Part shown: piece after piece, positions 31,217-41,183 of the stretch
Layout: each line of letters begins with the position of its first letter
How positions within the stretch are numbered: the stretch's first letter is position 1
NCBI GenBank assembly: GCA_963737265.1
Contig: CAVTRY010000014.1
Location: forward strand, 96,001 to 160,000
Length of the DNA stretch: 64,000 nucleotides
Origin: an uncultured delta proteobacterium
GTDB lineage: Bacteria; Myxococcota_A; Polyangia; Fen-1088
Direction of reading: 5' to 3'
Made by a program: the position numbers and the translations under genes
Notes under the pieces: model-generated
The model's database searches: none
Seen by the model: the letters and a program-made list of their open reading frames with translations, nothing else
What the model was told of the DNA's origin: nothing

Positions 31217-32241
31217 CGGAACGATCCGGGCCTCTTTCTGATCGACCCCATCTCGGCGTCGTCATTATCGGTCGCAACGAAGGCGAGCGGTTGCGCCGGT
31301 GCCTCCTCTCTTTAACGGAGCGTGCGTCGTGGCTGGTCTACGTGGATTCTGGATCCATCGATGGCAGCGTCGCGCTGGCGGCGGAAATTGGCGCGCACGT
31401 CGTCGAGTTGGATCGTTCTCTTCCCTTCACCGCAGCCCGAGCGCGCAACGCGGGATTCGCCAAGCTGCGCGAGCTCGAATCTGCTCTCGCGTTGGTCCAG
31501 TTCGTCGACGGGGATTGCGAGGTGGCCGCCGACTGGCTTGAAAAGGCGATCCCGCAAATCCTCAGCGATCCTAGGTTGGCGGTCGTGTGCGGTAGGCGAC
31601 GCGAGCGCTATCCCAAGGCATCCATTTACAACCGGTTGTGCGACATCGAGTGGAACACAACCGTCGGCAATGCGGATGCGTGCGGCGGTGACGCCCTGAT
31701 GCGGAGTGGGCCGCTGTCCGAAGTGGGCGGCTACAATCCTGAGTTGATTGCCGGCGAAGAGCCCGACCTTTGCCTGCGTTTGCGCCAGCGCGGATTTCGC
31801 ATTTTGCGCATGGATGCGGAGATGACGTTGCATGATGCCAACATCACTCGATTCTGCCAATGGTGGAGACGAAGCGTACGCAGCGGACATGCCTATGCCG
31901 AAGGATTCACACGCCATCGGCGCGAGCCCGGGAAATACTGCGCCAGGGAAGTGCGGAGCAATCTCGTGTGGGGTGCCATGCTGCCCGGCCTGATCCTCGC
32001 CCTCGTCGTACCATCTGCGGGCTGGAGCCTGCTCCTCATCCTCGCCTATCCGGTGCTTGCCTTGCGTGTGTTTAGATCGAGCCGTCGCCGCCGCGGGTTC
32101 TCCGTCGAGGATGCGAGTCTCTTCGCCGTGTTCTGTACGCTCTCCAAGTTTCCTGCGGTCTACGGACAATTTCGCTATTGGGCCAGACGCCTCCTCGGCA
32201 AGCGCAGCACGCTCATCGAGTACAAACACGCTGGTTTGTGA
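31213..32241 (+). CDS. Glycosyltransferase family 2
   Basis: VVIIGRNEGERL, VDSGSIDGS, ARARNAG, FVDGDC and GEEPDLC motifs; C-terminal TM segments. Confidence 0.9.
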   Translation: MTERSGPLSDRPHLGVVIIGRNEGERLRRCLLSLTERASWLVYVDSGSIDGSVALAAEIGAHVVELDRSLPFTAARARNAGFAKLRELESALALVQFVDGDCEVAADWLEKAIPQILSDPRLAVVCGRRRERYPKASIYNRLCDIEWNTTVGNADACGGDALMRSGPLSEVGGYNPELIAGEEPDLCLRLRQRGFRILRMDAEMTLHDANITRFCQWWRRSVRSGHAYAEGFTRHRREPGKYCAREVRSNLVWGAMLPGLILALVVPSAGWSLLLILAYPVLALRVFRSSRRRRGFSVEDASLFAVFCTLSKFPAVYGQFRYWARRLLGKRSTLIEYKHAGL

Positions 32242-32246
32242 ACCCG

Positions 32247-32900
32247 TTACAGCTTGATCACGCCCTGTCTCAGCGCGAACTTGACCAAGTCGGTCCGGTT
32301 ATGGATGTCGAGCTTCAGCATGACCCGCTCGCGATGGGACATGGCGGTCTTCACGCTGATGCCGAGGCACTCGGCGACCTCCTTGTTGGAATTGCCTTCC
32401 GCCACCAGCTTCAACACCTGCTTTTCGCGATCGGTCAGGCTCTGATAGCGTTCCTCACCGCTGCCCAAGCCGGGGTGCGGCGCTGCGGGCGCAAGCACAT
32501 CGCGGGCCAGCGAAGGGTCGAGCACCAGACCGCCGCGATGGACCGCGCGCACCGCCGAGGCCAACTCCGAGCCGGCGGCCTTCTTGAGAATGTAGCCCGA
32601 GGCGCCGCTCTTGAGAAAGCGAGTCACGTACTCGCGGTCATCGTACTGGGTCAACACCAAGATCTTGGCATGTTGGTTTTCGTTGCGAATCGCCAGCGTC
32701 GCCTCCAGTCCACCGAGGCCGGGCATGTTGATGTCCATCAGAACGACGTCCGGGTCGAGGTGGCGCGTAGCTTCGATGGCCTCCTTGCCGTCGGCCGCCT
32801 CGCCCACCACGTCGAGATCCTCGCACAGGTTGAGAAGCGCGCGAATTCCCTCGCGGACTAAGGCGTGGTCGTCGGCAATGAGAATGCGGATTTTAGTCAA
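32247..32900 (-). CDS. NarL/LuxR-family response regulator
   Basis: ILIADDHALVREG, DVVLMDI, LTDREKQVL...SNKEVA; TTG start at 32900 with AGGAG RBS. Confidence 0.93.
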   Translation of the reverse strand: MTKIRILIADDHALVREGIRALLNLCEDLDVVGEAADGKEAIEATRHLDPDVVLMDINMPGLGGLEATLAIRNENQHAKILVLTQYDDREYVTRFLKSGASGYILKKAAGSELASAVRAVHRGGLVLDPSLARDVLAPAAPHPGLGSGEERYQSLTDREKQVLKLVAEGNSNKEVAECLGISVKTAMSHRERVMLKLDIHNRTDLVKFALRQGVIKL

Positions 32901-34638
32901 GGCTCCTGTCCTTCTCGAAAGATTCCTCGAAAGATTCCTCGAAAGGCACGCGCAGCACGATCCGGGTTCCGGCCTCCGCGGAGGAGAATACCTCGGCCGA
33001 GCCTCTGACGATGGCGAGACGCTCGCGCATGCCGAGCAAGCCCAGGCCGCGCCCGGACGGGCCGGGTTGGGCCACGCTGTCCGGATCGAAGCCATGCCCA
33101 TCATCTTCGATCTCGATCTGCAGGTGCCCTTCTCTCTCTTCGACCTGGATCAGCACTTGCTCCGCGCCAGAGTGTCGGGCCACGTTGCGAATGGCTTCTT
33201 GCACGGCTCGGAAAAGGGTGGTTTCGCGCACCGAGGTCAGTTTGTGCATGGGCTCGCTGACTTCGCAGCGGAACGCAATCCCCGCGGCGGCGAGGTGGTG
33301 GGCGGCCAGCCAACGGATGGCCGGGAAAAGCCCCAGGTCGTCCAACACCGCCGGGCGAAGCTCGTAGATGAGCGCGTGCACGTCGGCAAGGGTCCGGCCA
33401 GCGAAGGCGCGGGCCTCGGTCAGACGCTCGCGTCCGGCATCCGCCGTGGGGGCGGACAGCGCCGCATCCAGTTTCATGCCGAGCGCCGCGAGGGTCTGGC
33501 AAGTCTCGTCGTGCAGCTCGCGCGCGATGCGCCGGCGCTCGTCCTCCTGAGCCGAAACGAATTTGGTCAGAAGCTGCCGCAGCTCCTGCGTCCGCGCCAG
33601 CACGCGCTGTTCGAGCACGTCATGGCTGCTCGTCAGCTCGTCCATGGATTTCTTGAGGGCCACCCGCATCGCCTCCAGCGAACGACCCAGCTGCCCCACT
33701 TCGTCGTCGGCTTGCGCCGGCACCGACGCATTCAAGTTTCCGTCGGCGATGCGCTTGGCCGCGATGTTGAGATCCTTGAGCGGTTCGGTCACGCTGTGGG
33801 TAGCACCCCAGGAGAAAAGCAAGGCCAAGATCAGAAGCAGGGGCGACAGCAGGAGCATCCGACGCCCCTGAAGATTGAGGGGACCCAGCGCTTCGGCGCG
33901 CGGCTGGCGCAGAACGATCCGCCAAGGCGCCAGCGTCAGCTTGGCCTCGGCCTTGATATCGGCGCTGTCATCGTCCGGCGGCACAGTTGGCAGATTGGGG
34001 TCGGTGCTGACCATGACCTGGCCCCGCTCGTCGAGCAAGGTCGCGCTTCCGCTGCCAAGACGACCCTGCCGGAGAACGGCCAGCCAGGTGGGCGCGGCCG
34101 GATTCGCGACCGCGCACACCAGGTTCGTCACCTGTCCATTCCAGTCGCGCACCGGCACGAGCAAGACGAAACGACTGCGCCGCGGGTCGGCCAGATGCAC
34201 CACGCCCTGGCGGCCAGAGGCTAGCGCCGCGTCGACTTCGGGCAAGGCCAGCAACGCTTGGTCGGCCGAGGTCTGGTGTCGAAATTCCTGCCACAGAATC
34301 TTCTTGTCCGAGGCAACGACCACGATGGCGTCAAGGATGGGCGAGCGCAGAAAGGTCGAGCGCAAAGCACGCTTGGCATTCCCGGTCGCCCAATCCTCGG
34401 GCGTTCCGATAGCCGCCGAGAAACCGGCAAGGTTCTCGCGAAGCTCGTAGTCGAAATGCAGCGCCAGGCTCTTGGCCAGAAGCTCGTGCTCGCCGAGGAG
34501 ATGGCGCGAAACATCGTCGATGGTCGACGTTAGGGCCCACGCCGCCAGCGCCATGGGGGCGAGGGCGCCGAAACCCACCAGCAACGCAACCCGCTTGCGG
34601 ATGCCATAGGGGCGTTTTCTTGCAGGTGACGCCATCAT
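32893..34638 (-). CDS. Sensor histidine kinase (HAMP + HisKA_3, NarX-like)
   Basis: Two TM helices, HAMP, ERRRIARELHDE H-box, QEAIRNVARH, DDGHGF and GLGLLGMRER. Confidence 0.92.
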   Translation of the reverse strand: MMASPARKRPYGIRKRVALLVGFGALAPMALAAWALTSTIDDVSRHLLGEHELLAKSLALHFDYELRENLAGFSAAIGTPEDWATGNAKRALRSTFLRSPILDAIVVVASDKKILWQEFRHQTSADQALLALPEVDAALASGRQGVVHLADPRRSRFVLLVPVRDWNGQVTNLVCAVANPAAPTWLAVLRQGRLGSGSATLLDERGQVMVSTDPNLPTVPPDDDSADIKAEAKLTLAPWRIVLRQPRAEALGPLNLQGRRMLLLSPLLLILALLFSWGATHSVTEPLKDLNIAAKRIADGNLNASVPAQADDEVGQLGRSLEAMRVALKKSMDELTSSHDVLEQRVLARTQELRQLLTKFVSAQEDERRRIARELHDETCQTLAALGMKLDAALSAPTADAGRERLTEARAFAGRTLADVHALIYELRPAVLDDLGLFPAIRWLAAHHLAAAGIAFRCEVSEPMHKLTSVRETTLFRAVQEAIRNVARHSGAEQVLIQVEEREGHLQIEIEDDGHGFDPDSVAQPGPSGRGLGLLGMRERLAIVRGSAEVFSSAEAGTRIVLRVPFEESFEESFEKDRSLD

Positions 34639-35180
34639 GGCGCGGCCTCGATCATCCTTCTTGCCACCCGGAGCAATTCCACCGTGCGTCCGTTGAAGCG
34701 CAAGACGGTGGCGCCCGATGCGCCAGCCCATTCCATGTCCTGCCAGACCGAGCCATCCGGGAGCGCCTCCGCCTTTAAGGATGCGGAATATCCCTTTTCG
34801 AGCGGAACGGCGATCTCGTGGAAGCTGGGCAGCGGCACGCGCAATGCCGCGGGAATTTCCTTGCCGCGGGCACGGAACAGGGTAAGTCGAATGCGACGGT
34901 CTTGGCGCCACTGCATGGCTACCGAGGCGGCGGGTTCGGGTTTTGCGGTTACGCGAATTCCGCCGGCAAGCGGTTCATAGGCAGCGAAGAGATCGGGGAA
35001 GAGATCAGGGAAGAGGCGTAGGCCCGTTCGCGCTTCCGCCTCGGCGAGGTTTGCACAGAGCCGCACCCCCGACGGTATGCCAGCGAGCCAAGCGGGGATG
35101 GCGTCGGCGGTGCGCAGCACGAGGGCCGTGCCGCCAAGGACAACCGCCAGCACCAGGCCCGCGCGCCCCATGTCCTTCAC
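34635..35180 (-). CDS. Hypothetical exported/membrane-anchored protein
   Basis: Hydrophobic N-terminus GLVLAVVLGG; stop overlaps the kinase ATG; start uncertain (35180 or 35171). Confidence 0.6.
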   Translation of the reverse strand: MKDMGRAGLVLAVVLGGTALVLRTADAIPAWLAGIPSGVRLCANLAEAEARTGLRLFPDLFPDLFAAYEPLAGGIRVTAKPEPAASVAMQWRQDRRIRLTLFRARGKEIPAALRVPLPSFHEIAVPLEKGYSASLKAEALPDGSVWQDMEWAGASGATVLRFNGRTVELLRVARRMIEAAP

Positions 35181-35200
35181 CGAGTGCCTTCCGTTGTGGC

Positions 35201-36154
35201 TCACGCGACCGTGAAAAAGAGTATGACACCGAGTCCGACCGCCAGCGCAACAAAACCCCAGCGCGCGGACGCCCCTGGAGATTTCGCGCGTTCGTCGAAC
35301 AGCACGCGGCAGCGGCGTTCGATGGCGTGCAGATGGAGATCCTGCCATGCGCTGGCGCCGAGTTGGTTTGGATTCGAACCGGAGAGGCCTATGACCTTTT
35401 GCAGACCACGCGCTAGAGGACGCGGGCTGCCCATGGAGTGGGCCGCGGTAGCGTCGGCCCGTCGCTCGATTTCTTGCACTGCCGCTCGCGCGACGAGCTG
35501 GATTGCTGGATTGAAGAAAAAGAGCCCGCGCGCAAGCATCAGCCCCCACCCGAGCGCGGGATCACGCCGTGCCACGTGGCTCATCTCGTGTGCCACGGCT
35601 GCTTCCAGCTCGTCAGGCGCCAGCCACTCGACCAGACCCGTGGAGGCGACGATGGTCGGTCGGCGAAGGCCGCGACACATGAGAATCGGCTGCCGGGTGG
35701 CCTCGACCAGAAGTCTAGGGGCGGAAACGCCGAGAACAGCCGCTGCCCGTTCCACGGCGACGACCAATGCCTTGGGGGCCGCGACCACTTCATTCCGTTT
35801 GGCCCTACCTCGCATGACATCCCATGCGAAGGGAATCAGGTCGCGCAAGAACAGTGCGGTTCCGATCAAGGCCAGCGCGACCACCAAGGCGGCTCCTGGA
35901 TGTATGCCCTGCCATTGAATCTTGGCGAAGTGGCTTCCCGAGAAGATCGCGCGTTCATCGCGAAAGGTCTCGCCCCGACGAAAAGGCGCCAGCAGCGAGA
36001 AGAACGGGGTCAGGACAACCGGACAGGCCAGGGCAAACAACCAGAAGCGGAGGCGAATTGGTGCTGCGTGGACAGGGCGCAGCCGGAGAAACGCCAGGGT
36101 CGCCACTGCCGCGACGATGCCGTGAAGGATGGTCTCGGCCGCCAGAGCGCGCAT
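35201..36154 (-). CDS. M56/BlaR1-like membrane zinc metallopeptidase
   Basis: TM helices, PTIVASTGL, AVAHEMSH (HExxH), FFFNP and ERRAD motifs. Confidence 0.85.
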   Translation of the reverse strand: MRALAAETILHGIVAAVATLAFLRLRPVHAAPIRLRFWLFALACPVVLTPFFSLLAPFRRGETFRDERAIFSGSHFAKIQWQGIHPGAALVVALALIGTALFLRDLIPFAWDVMRGRAKRNEVVAAPKALVVAVERAAAVLGVSAPRLLVEATRQPILMCRGLRRPTIVASTGLVEWLAPDELEAAVAHEMSHVARRDPALGWGLMLARGLFFFNPAIQLVARAAVQEIERRADATAAHSMGSPRPLARGLQKVIGLSGSNPNQLGASAWQDLHLHAIERRCRVLFDERAKSPGASARWGFVALAVGLGVILFFTVA

Positions 36155-36155
36155 C

Positions 36156-36890
36156 CTATTTCCGAGCGGGATCGTCTTCGCGGTCGCGGAGCAAATCCGC
36201 TGCTTCCTCGGGAAACATCCTGGCGTACTCCAGCGGGTGCTCGTGGCGCATGCGCGCGCGCGAGATTTTGCCGGTGAAGATGGACTTGTCGAAGGGAAAG
36301 ACCTCGGGTGCGAAGTGCGCGTTGTAGAGGTGCCAGATGACGACGACGAGAAAGCCCATGAGGCCTTCATTGCTGTGGGCCACTTTGGCGGCGGGAATGA
36401 TCTGGCCGGGTAGAAAATGCGTGGCCGCGATAGGGAAGAGGAGCACGAATCCCGTGGTGATCATCACCAAGCTGCCGAGCACGAGTCCCCAGTATTCGAA
36501 TTTCTGCTTGTAGTCGAAGCGGTCGAAGCGCGCGCGCACCTCCGAGACGCGCAGGTAATAGCGCAGCGTGATCGCGGCGTCGCGAAAGTCCTTGCCCGAT
36601 AACATCATGGACGACGAGGAGCGGCCGGTGATGACTCCGGACAGCACGGTGACGAGGTGGGCGAGCGTCAACCCGGAGACGAGCACGCCCGCGATCCGGT
36701 GGAAAAGCCGAACCTGAGCGATGCCACCAAGCGCGCTCACGATTGCCCTGGCAAACGCGACATCGTGAAACTTCTGCGGAAACCCGGTGATGACCAAAAC
36801 CGAGAAGAGTACCGTCACGAGCAGGTGATCCATGCGGTCGCGACGACCGAAGCGAACGACGTAATCCGTGTCGACTTTTTTCTGGGTCAT
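36156..36890 (-). CDS. Cytochrome b subunit (FdnI/HydC-like)
   Basis: RMDH...ITGFP, HRIAG, RFDYKQKFEYWG, AHSNE, WHLYNAH and HEHPLEY; ATG at 36890. Confidence 0.85.
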   Translation of the reverse strand: MTQKKVDTDYVVRFGRRDRMDHLLVTVLFSVLVITGFPQKFHDVAFARAIVSALGGIAQVRLFHRIAGVLVSGLTLAHLVTVLSGVITGRSSSSMMLSGKDFRDAAITLRYYLRVSEVRARFDRFDYKQKFEYWGLVLGSLVMITTGFVLLFPIAATHFLPGQIIPAAKVAHSNEGLMGFLVVVIWHLYNAHFAPEVFPFDKSIFTGKISRARMRHEHPLEYARMFPEEAADLLRDREDDPARK

Positions 36891-37966
36891 CGATTCACCA
36901 CTGCACGCCAGAGGTGGAGCAGAATCTGAAGTATGAGTCCTCCCACGGTGAATGGGACGATGAATGCGTAGAAGAGCTTTACCAAGAAGACGAGTGGCGT
37001 GCGGTGCAGCGACGGCTGGTAGTGACTCATCCAGGCCGCCGGAAAATTCTGGGAGGCGCCGGGGTGGCATTTCTGGCAGGTCTTCACCAGGTTCGCGCGA
37101 AAGGCGGGAGCATCCGCACCGGTGACCTTGCCAATGTCGTGGATGCCGTGGCAGTCCACGCACAGGGCGACCACGCGTTCGCTCCCGCTGGTCTCGCCCT
37201 TCGCGCCGAAGCTGGCGGTGGTGCCGTGAAAGTCGGCCAGGTAGGTCGATAGCACGTTGGTCGATAGGCCGTACTTGCCCATCAGCTTCTCGTCGGCGTG
37301 GCACTTGCCGCACAACGCGGGCGTGCTCATGAGCCAAGCCTTGTTTTTCGGGTCGGCGATGTCGTGCGAACGGTGGCAGTCGGTGCACACCGGGACGTCC
37401 TGATTCTGCTGCGTCAGCAATGCCTTGCCGTGGACGCTCCTGGCATAGGCTTGGGAAATCAGCTCGTGACAGCCGGCGCAGGTTCGCGAGATGCGCGAGC
37501 GAGGCTCGGCGGGGCGGGCTATGTCGTGCGAGCCGTGGCATTTCACGCACGTTGGTGCGAAGACATCGCCGCGCGCCTGAAGACCGTAGTGAACGCTGTC
37601 CAGCGTCTTGGTGTAATTCTCGAAATGGCAGGTCTTGCAGGCCTCTCCGAAACTCGAGCGAAAGTGCGCCAGGTCCTCGTAATGGCGTTTAGGGTGCGGT
37701 ACCTCGTCCAGACCGACGTGACAATCGGTGCAGCGCAGGGCCTTGTGAACCGATCCGGCGAGCAAATCCTTGTTCATGAACAAGGGCGCTTCCTCGCCAT
37801 TTTCCAGCGTTACCGTGAGTTTTTCGTCGCCGTGGCAGCTTAGGCAGCCATCGGACTCGTCGGCCATCGCGGCCATGTTCACGGGTGGGACCATGGACGC
37901 CATGACCATGGCGAGCATCCCGACGGTGAAAACATGTTGTGCCGGCCGCAATCTCATCGACAACAT
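36887..37966 (-). CDS. Nonaheme c-type cytochrome with C-terminal membrane anchor
   Basis: Nine CxxCH motifs counted; signal peptide; C-terminal TM helix. Confidence 0.9.
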   Translation of the reverse strand: MLSMRLRPAQHVFTVGMLAMVMASMVPPVNMAAMADESDGCLSCHGDEKLTVTLENGEEAPLFMNKDLLAGSVHKALRCTDCHVGLDEVPHPKRHYEDLAHFRSSFGEACKTCHFENYTKTLDSVHYGLQARGDVFAPTCVKCHGSHDIARPAEPRSRISRTCAGCHELISQAYARSVHGKALLTQQNQDVPVCTDCHRSHDIADPKNKAWLMSTPALCGKCHADEKLMGKYGLSTNVLSTYLADFHGTTASFGAKGETSGSERVVALCVDCHGIHDIGKVTGADAPAFRANLVKTCQKCHPGASQNFPAAWMSHYQPSLHRTPLVFLVKLFYAFIVPFTVGGLILQILLHLWRAVVNR

Positions 37967-38149
37967 TTAGATCATCGTCGGTTCGTGACAAATCTGCGCC
38001 CGCAAGGTATCCCGGCGGCCACAGGCGCCGAAGATATTTCCGATCTACCACCTCCAGGTCCAATTATCGAAAGGTTCGATAGGGTAGATTGCGGCCACCA
38101 ACATGCATGCGTCGCGGAACCACAGTTCTGGGCAGCCGCGTACGACCGC

Positions 38150-38425
38150 GGAACGGGCAATGGCATGGCTCGGGGCCGGTTCGGTTCGGTGGCGCCCTCT
38201 TTCGCGGGCGGACGTTTTTCGAGCGCGGTCTTGGCGCGTACTACTACGCCGCCAAGTGGCTGGTGGCGCCGCTGGCCCATGCTTCGGGTGGCATTCCATT
38301 GTGGAATCCCTTCTTCGCCTCGGGCCAGCCCTTCGCGGCCAACCTCGAACACGAGCTGTTTCACCCCCTGGCCACGCTCTTCCTCCTGCTTCCTTTCGAA
38401 TGGGCGTTTCGCTTGCAGGTCACGA
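38150..38425 (+). pseudogene. N-terminal fragment of a YfhO-like GT-C membrane protein
   Basis: GIPLWNPFFASGQPFAANLEHELFHPL resembles the PLWNP...G.PF.AN....FYP motif; the frame ends shortly after. Confidence 0.55.
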
Positions 38426-38445
38426 GACACCCCCTATCCCAATCC

Positions 38446-38483
38446 TAGGGTGTTTTCCCTAGACCGCTAGGGACTTTTCCCCA
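38446..38483. promoter_or_regulatory. Two tandem imperfect palindromes, putative NarL/LuxR-type operator
   Basis: TAGGGTGTTTTCCCTA (38446-38461) and TAGGGACTTTTCCCCA (38468-38483), 22 bp apart, between divergent genes. Confidence 0.5.
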
Positions 38484-38582
38484 ACGGAACCAGGGATCGG
38501 CCGCATTGGCGAGACCAGCCCTGAGGTGTAGCTTTAGGTCAGAAGCAAATTACGGAATCTGGGGACCGAAAAGGAGTACGAC

Positions 38583-38987
38583 ATGACAACCGCAGGCTCA
38601 ATGGTCAAGGGTGGTTTCTACCTCAACCGAGACAAATGGGACATCCTCACGGTCGGCGGCAAGGAAGGCGTGCTGCCCGGCGCGGCGGGCGAGCGCTATC
38701 TGCGGCTCCCAGTGCTGGCGGTGGTGTTGTTGGCGCCGCTGCTCGGCGGTCTTTTCGTGGTGTTTCTTCCTTTCATCGGCTTCGCGCTCGTAGTGCAACA
38801 CCTGGCTAGGCTGTCGCTGTCGGGCATGAAGCGCGCCGGTCGTGGTCTGGTCTTCGTCATCACGCCGGCCTGGCGCCCGGGCGAAGCCTACTTTGCCGGC
38901 AAGGAACACGAGCAAGAGCACGCCAAGGATCCCGCCGCATCCAAGGTAGACGGAGCGATCGACAACGACAAGAACCCCCAAAAGTAG
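38583..38987 (+). CDS. Hypothetical membrane protein (134 aa)
   Basis: AAGGAG RBS; central hydrophobic hairpin APLLGGLFVVFLPFIGF. Confidence 0.8.
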   Translation: MTTAGSMVKGGFYLNRDKWDILTVGGKEGVLPGAAGERYLRLPVLAVVLLAPLLGGLFVVFLPFIGFALVVQHLARLSLSGMKRAGRGLVFVITPAWRPGEAYFAGKEHEQEHAKDPAASKVDGAIDNDKNPQK

Positions 38988-38988
38988 C

Positions 38989-39888
38989 TCAGCGAAGCAA
39001 GGCGTAAATCGCCAGGCCTGCGATGACAAGACCGATGGTCACCGCGGTGGTGCCTATGATGCGACCGACGGTGATGAGCGCGAGCGACGGCGGCTCCGCG
39101 AGAACCTTCTCGAGGGCGTCCTCGGCGACCAGACGCTCGTACTCGGCCGGGCGTTCGTGCTTGAGCTCGTCGACGGAAACGCGGCCTGTGAAGATCACGA
39201 GATCCATGGGGAACTTGTCCGGCCGCAGGTGGCCGTTGAAAAAATGCACCGTGAAGATGAACACCATGGCCATCAGGGCCTCTTCGCCGTGGACCACGAG
39301 CGCGATGTTGAAGACCCAGCCGGGCAGAAAGCGGGCGAAGAAGGCCGGGAACCACAGCATGAGGCCGGACGTACCGATGATCGCCATGCCCCAGAAGACC
39401 GCCCAGTAGTCGAACTTTTCCCAGTACGAATAGCGATCGAATCGCGGCTGGGGGCCGAGCCCAACGAACCAGCGGAAGTGCTGGACGAGCTGAACCAGAT
39501 CGATGGGCTGCGGCACCAGAGATTTCGGTCCCCACAGCATGCCGTAGTCCTTGCGGACGAACAGGCGGTGCGCCAGCCGGGCCAGATGGGTTGCAAAAAC
39601 CAGCATCAGAGTGACCGCAGCGATGCGATGAAGAACGCCCGTCACGCGGTAGCCACCGAGAAGATTCGCCAGGGTCGTGGCCCACGGCGCCTGGGGGAAC
39701 AGCAGTGGGATGCCGGTGAGAGCGAGAGTGAGGAAGCTCGCCATGAGCACGCCGTGAATCAGCCGGTCGTTGCGATGGAAACGCAGAACGAAACGCGAGC
39801 GCGGAGTCTTGCCTGACGAATCGGTCGACGAAACCGGCGCCGGTCCGGATTGCTCCGCCGCTGGCTGGCCTTTGCCTACTTCCGTCAT
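38989..39888 (-). CDS. Cytochrome b subunit (FdnI/HydC-like), paralog 2
   Basis: RLIH...LTGIP, HRIAA, RYSYWEKFDYWAVFWG, VHGEEA, VHFFNGH and HERPAEY; ATG at 39888. Confidence 0.88.
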   Translation of the reverse strand: MTEVGKGQPAAEQSGPAPVSSTDSSGKTPRSRFVLRFHRNDRLIHGVLMASFLTLALTGIPLLFPQAPWATTLANLLGGYRVTGVLHRIAAVTLMLVFATHLARLAHRLFVRKDYGMLWGPKSLVPQPIDLVQLVQHFRWFVGLGPQPRFDRYSYWEKFDYWAVFWGMAIIGTSGLMLWFPAFFARFLPGWVFNIALVVHGEEALMAMVFIFTVHFFNGHLRPDKFPMDLVIFTGRVSVDELKHERPAEYERLVAEDALEKVLAEPPSLALITVGRIIGTTAVTIGLVIAGLAIYALLR

Positions 39889-41183
39889 GGCGCCTTTCCC
39901 TTCGCTTGCATCCGCCGTCGAAGAATTAGCGATCGGCCAAGCCACAGCATCGTGTGCAGCCCGAAGAAGGCGAACACGCTGATGAGCATGAGCTTCATTC
40001 CTTCCGCAATAAAGTAAAGTAGCGGATTTCGCTCGCGGCTGTGCGCGTCGGCGTGGGGATCGTAGCGAGAAAACTTGTCCGAGGCGCCCGCGTGACACTT
40101 GCGGCAGGTGTCGGCGCGCCGGCCGGCGGAGATGAGGGATTTGGGATCCTTCTTGGCAAGAATCTCGTGCGTGCCGTGGCAATCCGCGCAGGTGGCGGCT
40201 CGACTGAAGCCCAGGGCGGACACCTTGCCGTGAAAGGTGTCTCGAAAGGTCCGAATTGATTCCTTGTGACAGGTGCCGCACTCGTTGACCAGGGCCATCT
40301 TCCAGGTTGCGTCGACAACCTTGATGTCATGGGCGGTGTGGCAGTCCGCACACTCGGCCGCGCGGGGATTTCCCTCGCGCAGGGCCGCTGCATGCACGCT
40401 GGTCTCGTAGATGTTGCGGATGCCTTCGTGGCAAGCTCCGCAGGTCTTGGAAATATTGTTGCGATTGACCCGGCTCTTGTCGTCCGAAGCGCGGCGAATT
40501 TCGTGATTGCCGTGGCAGGTGGCGCAGGTGGGGGCCACGAGCAGGCCGCTCTTGTTCAAGGCCCGACCGTGGATGCTGTCCTCGAAGTGGGCCGGCACGT
40601 TGCCAATCGCGATGTGGGCTTTGGCGATGACGGCCTCGTCGGCGTGGCATTTGCTGCAAGTGGCGAGGATATTGAAATGGTAGGTCTTGGAGAGCGGGTC
40701 TTTCGAACTACGAATGTCGTGGATGCCGTGGCAGTCGCTGCACCAGGCGGCGGCGCTGTCGCTGGACTTGCGGCGCGAGCCCGCGTGAACGCCAAGATCG
40801 TAGGCCTTGACGGCGTCTTCGTGGCACTGCGAGCAGTTGGGCTTGGCCAGCTTTTCGCCGTGAGGCAGGTCTTTCCCTTGCAGGTCGACGTGGCAGTCCA
40901 CGCAGGCCAGATTGATCTGTCCATGCACGGACTCGGGAAAGGTGTCGCTTACTGCGGGAATCGCGCGTCCCTTGCTTCGGTCGACGCTGTTGCCGTGGCA
41001 CCCCAGGCATTCGTCGTTGGCAGGGGACAACGCCGCGGCGGCCACGGAGGCGGGCACGGCCGGCGGCTCCGCGGGCACGGCCGCCCCCAACGCACGCCCC
41101 GAAAACACGACCAAGGCCGTCGCGTAGGTGCCCAGTTTGATCGCGGTCTTCAAACCGCCAAGGTCCATCGTCGTGAGCGCCAT
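39885..41183 (-). CDS. Undecaheme c-type cytochrome with C-terminal membrane anchor
   Basis: Eleven CxxCH motifs counted; signal peptide; C-terminal TM helix with FFGLH. Confidence 0.9.
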   Translation of the reverse strand: MALTTMDLGGLKTAIKLGTYATALVVFSGRALGAAVPAEPPAVPASVAAAALSPANDECLGCHGNSVDRSKGRAIPAVSDTFPESVHGQINLACVDCHVDLQGKDLPHGEKLAKPNCSQCHEDAVKAYDLGVHAGSRRKSSDSAAAWCSDCHGIHDIRSSKDPLSKTYHFNILATCSKCHADEAVIAKAHIAIGNVPAHFEDSIHGRALNKSGLLVAPTCATCHGNHEIRRASDDKSRVNRNNISKTCGACHEGIRNIYETSVHAAALREGNPRAAECADCHTAHDIKVVDATWKMALVNECGTCHKESIRTFRDTFHGKVSALGFSRAATCADCHGTHEILAKKDPKSLISAGRRADTCRKCHAGASDKFSRYDPHADAHSRERNPLLYFIAEGMKLMLISVFAFFGLHTMLWLGRSLILRRRMQAKGKAP

